This document shows positions 62,201-64,000 of a stretch of DNA of 64,000 nt, piece after piece. Position 1 is the first letter of the stretch. Every line of letters starts with the position of its first letter. The stretch comes from Somniosus microcephalus (taxonomy: Eukaryota): NCBI GenBank assembly GCA_052327205.1, contig CM126204.1, forward strand, positions 266,290,001-266,354,000, in the 5' to 3' direction. Below the pieces are notes generated by a model, which was given only the letters and a program-made list of their open reading frames with translations, was not told where the DNA came from and did not search any database. A program made the translations under genes and the position numbers.

Positions 62201-63716
62201 GGGCCAGAAATTCCAGAACGGGGCTTGCAGCGCGTGCAAGCCCCGTATTTGCACTTACCCCGCGCTCCTGCCGATCAGTTTCTGGGACGCCTGAACTTGG
62301 AGAAATAGAAAGCACATTCCCGGGCAGCGTATGACGTCACGCCGCCCAGGAGTGCAGCCAGCGCGGACCCAGGAGCGTGCAGTGTAAGTGAGACACGCCC
62401 CTTGAGGTCTCAGTTTCACTGGACACGCCCCCAATGTTTCTGTCAAGCTGCTTTGCTTTTTTACATGCAAAGCAGCAGTTTAAATAGGTTTTTGGAAGTT
62501 TTTTGAAGATTTTGGTAACTTTTATAAACTTTTTTAAATGTTTACATTATTTTGAGTAATCTGAAGTAGTTTTAAAGAGAATTAAAGCAATTTAAAAACT
62601 TTTAAAAGCCCTAAAAGAATTTTTTAAATTCCATTTATTTATTTAGCAATGTCGTCGTCATACGTGTCTTCACACTGTTCCCTTTGGGGAACTGTATGAA
62701 GTGGTGGAAGGATTTATGGCCGTGATTAACGCTCATTCCGTGACCGTAACCATCTTTGAACCAGCCATTAGGGCGGTTAGTCCTATGGCGGGAGGGTTTT
62801 ACGGGCTCCCACAAGCTATACGAGGAGGGGGGGCCACCCACACCCACGGACGCAAATATCCCACTGGATGTCAACCCAGAATTTAGAGCCGGAGCTCCGA
62901 CTCCACTTGCCGGGACTGTCTGGAGCGGGGTTCGAAACCCTACCCTGATCTGGCCCAGCGGCGGGGATCCTACCGCTATGACAAAGGCCCAATCCGATTA
63001 GCAACGTGAAATGGCAGCATAGGGCTCCAGTCACGGGGAGGGAAAAGGCGCAGGAAACGTATGGGTGTCACCTTTTGTGCGGAGTGGGCCTTTTGCGTAG
63101 CAGTAAGCATCCCCGCCGCTGGGCCAGAAGGAGTAGGGTTTTGAACCCCACTCCAGACAGTCCCGGCAAGTGGAGTCGGAGCTCCAACTTTAAATTCTGG
63201 GTGGACATCCAGCGGGATACTTGTGTCCGTGGGTGTTGGTGGCCCCCCCCCCCCTCAGATGGGTTGTGGGAGCCCGTAAAACCCTCCCGCCATAGGACTA
63301 ACCACCCTAATGGCTGGTTCAAAGATGGTTACGGTCACGGAATGAGCGTTAATCACGGCCATAAATCCTTCCACCACTTCATACAGTTCCCCAAAGGGAA
63401 CAGTGTGAGGATACGTCCGATGATGACCTCTTGCGCAATGCACCTCCTTGGACCCTCAGTCGCAGATGCGAGGGGGCAAGTCGTGCAAGTGTTAAATTTT
63501 TTATTTTATTGACATGTAAAATGTTGGCCCAATAATTCCCTTCCAAATGCGCTAGTACGGTCGGGGTACTTACGCATCTGGCCGGATGAAATGCCGGTTT
63601 TCAGCATGCACAGTGCATGTGGGGAAAACCGGCATTTCCTGTCCTCTGAACGAAGGGGTTCAGAGGCAGAACGCGTGCGACTGCACATGCAGCGCGTGCG
63701 CAGTATAATTTGCCGC
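62201..63716. mobile_element. GC-rich multi-hairpin element(s) of the 4879-8460 family enclosing a long fold-back
   Basis: 62201-62270 matches the reverse complement of 8395-8460, and 63526-63700 matches 4879-5052. Inverted arms lie at ~62646-62968 and ~63109-63434. Confidence 0.7.
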
Positions 63717-64000
63717 TTTCATTAATGCTTTCAGTGAGGTCCAGTCATTACAACTTACACATGAAAAAAGCATGGGTACAGTTGCTACAGAGGCTGCGGA
63801 GGAAGATATTTCTTATCGTGGAGCTTCTGAAAGTATGTATGTCTGTATATATTCCTTTGCGTGTTATGTATATATTCCTTTACTTATGTGTATGAATGTA
63901 TTATTTAATTATGACTTTCAGAGAAAGTAACTTATTGGAAAATCATAATTAAAAACATACATTCATAGTAAAGGAATATAAAACATACATACATATACGT

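Overview
Vertebrate genomic DNA, most likely from a cartilaginous fish (shark), inferred from its repeats: SacSINE1/DeuSINE-type SINEs, shark-type CR1 and L2 LINEs, Penelope pseudo-LTR fragments and GC-rich hairpin MITEs. The only host gene is the nuclear receptor nr5a2 (LRH-1/FTZ-F1 family) on the + strand. Four coding exons are visible: N-terminal, two zinc-finger DNA-binding exons, and hinge plus start of the ligand-binding domain (28875/28928-40788). A long intron runs past the window end, so the remaining ligand-binding exons are not here. The 5' part of the gene lies in a CpG-rich, nearly transposon-free domain (about 23-36 kb). The flanks are dense with often nested mobile elements: a young 5'-truncated RTEX-like LINE with an uninterrupted 1019-aa ORF, a deleted LTR element (GTTC target duplication) inside a multi-hairpin non-autonomous element, and CR1/L2/L1/RTE fragments. 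Four Penelope-derived inserts carry degenerate hammerhead-ribozyme motifs; two of them are fold-backs with 13-bp target-site duplications (TSDs). The most unusual structure is a ~780-bp fold-back (62646-63434) with a near-perfect ~140-bp core, inside a hairpin-ended element in the nr5a2 intron. All family assignments are from motif recognition, not database searches.
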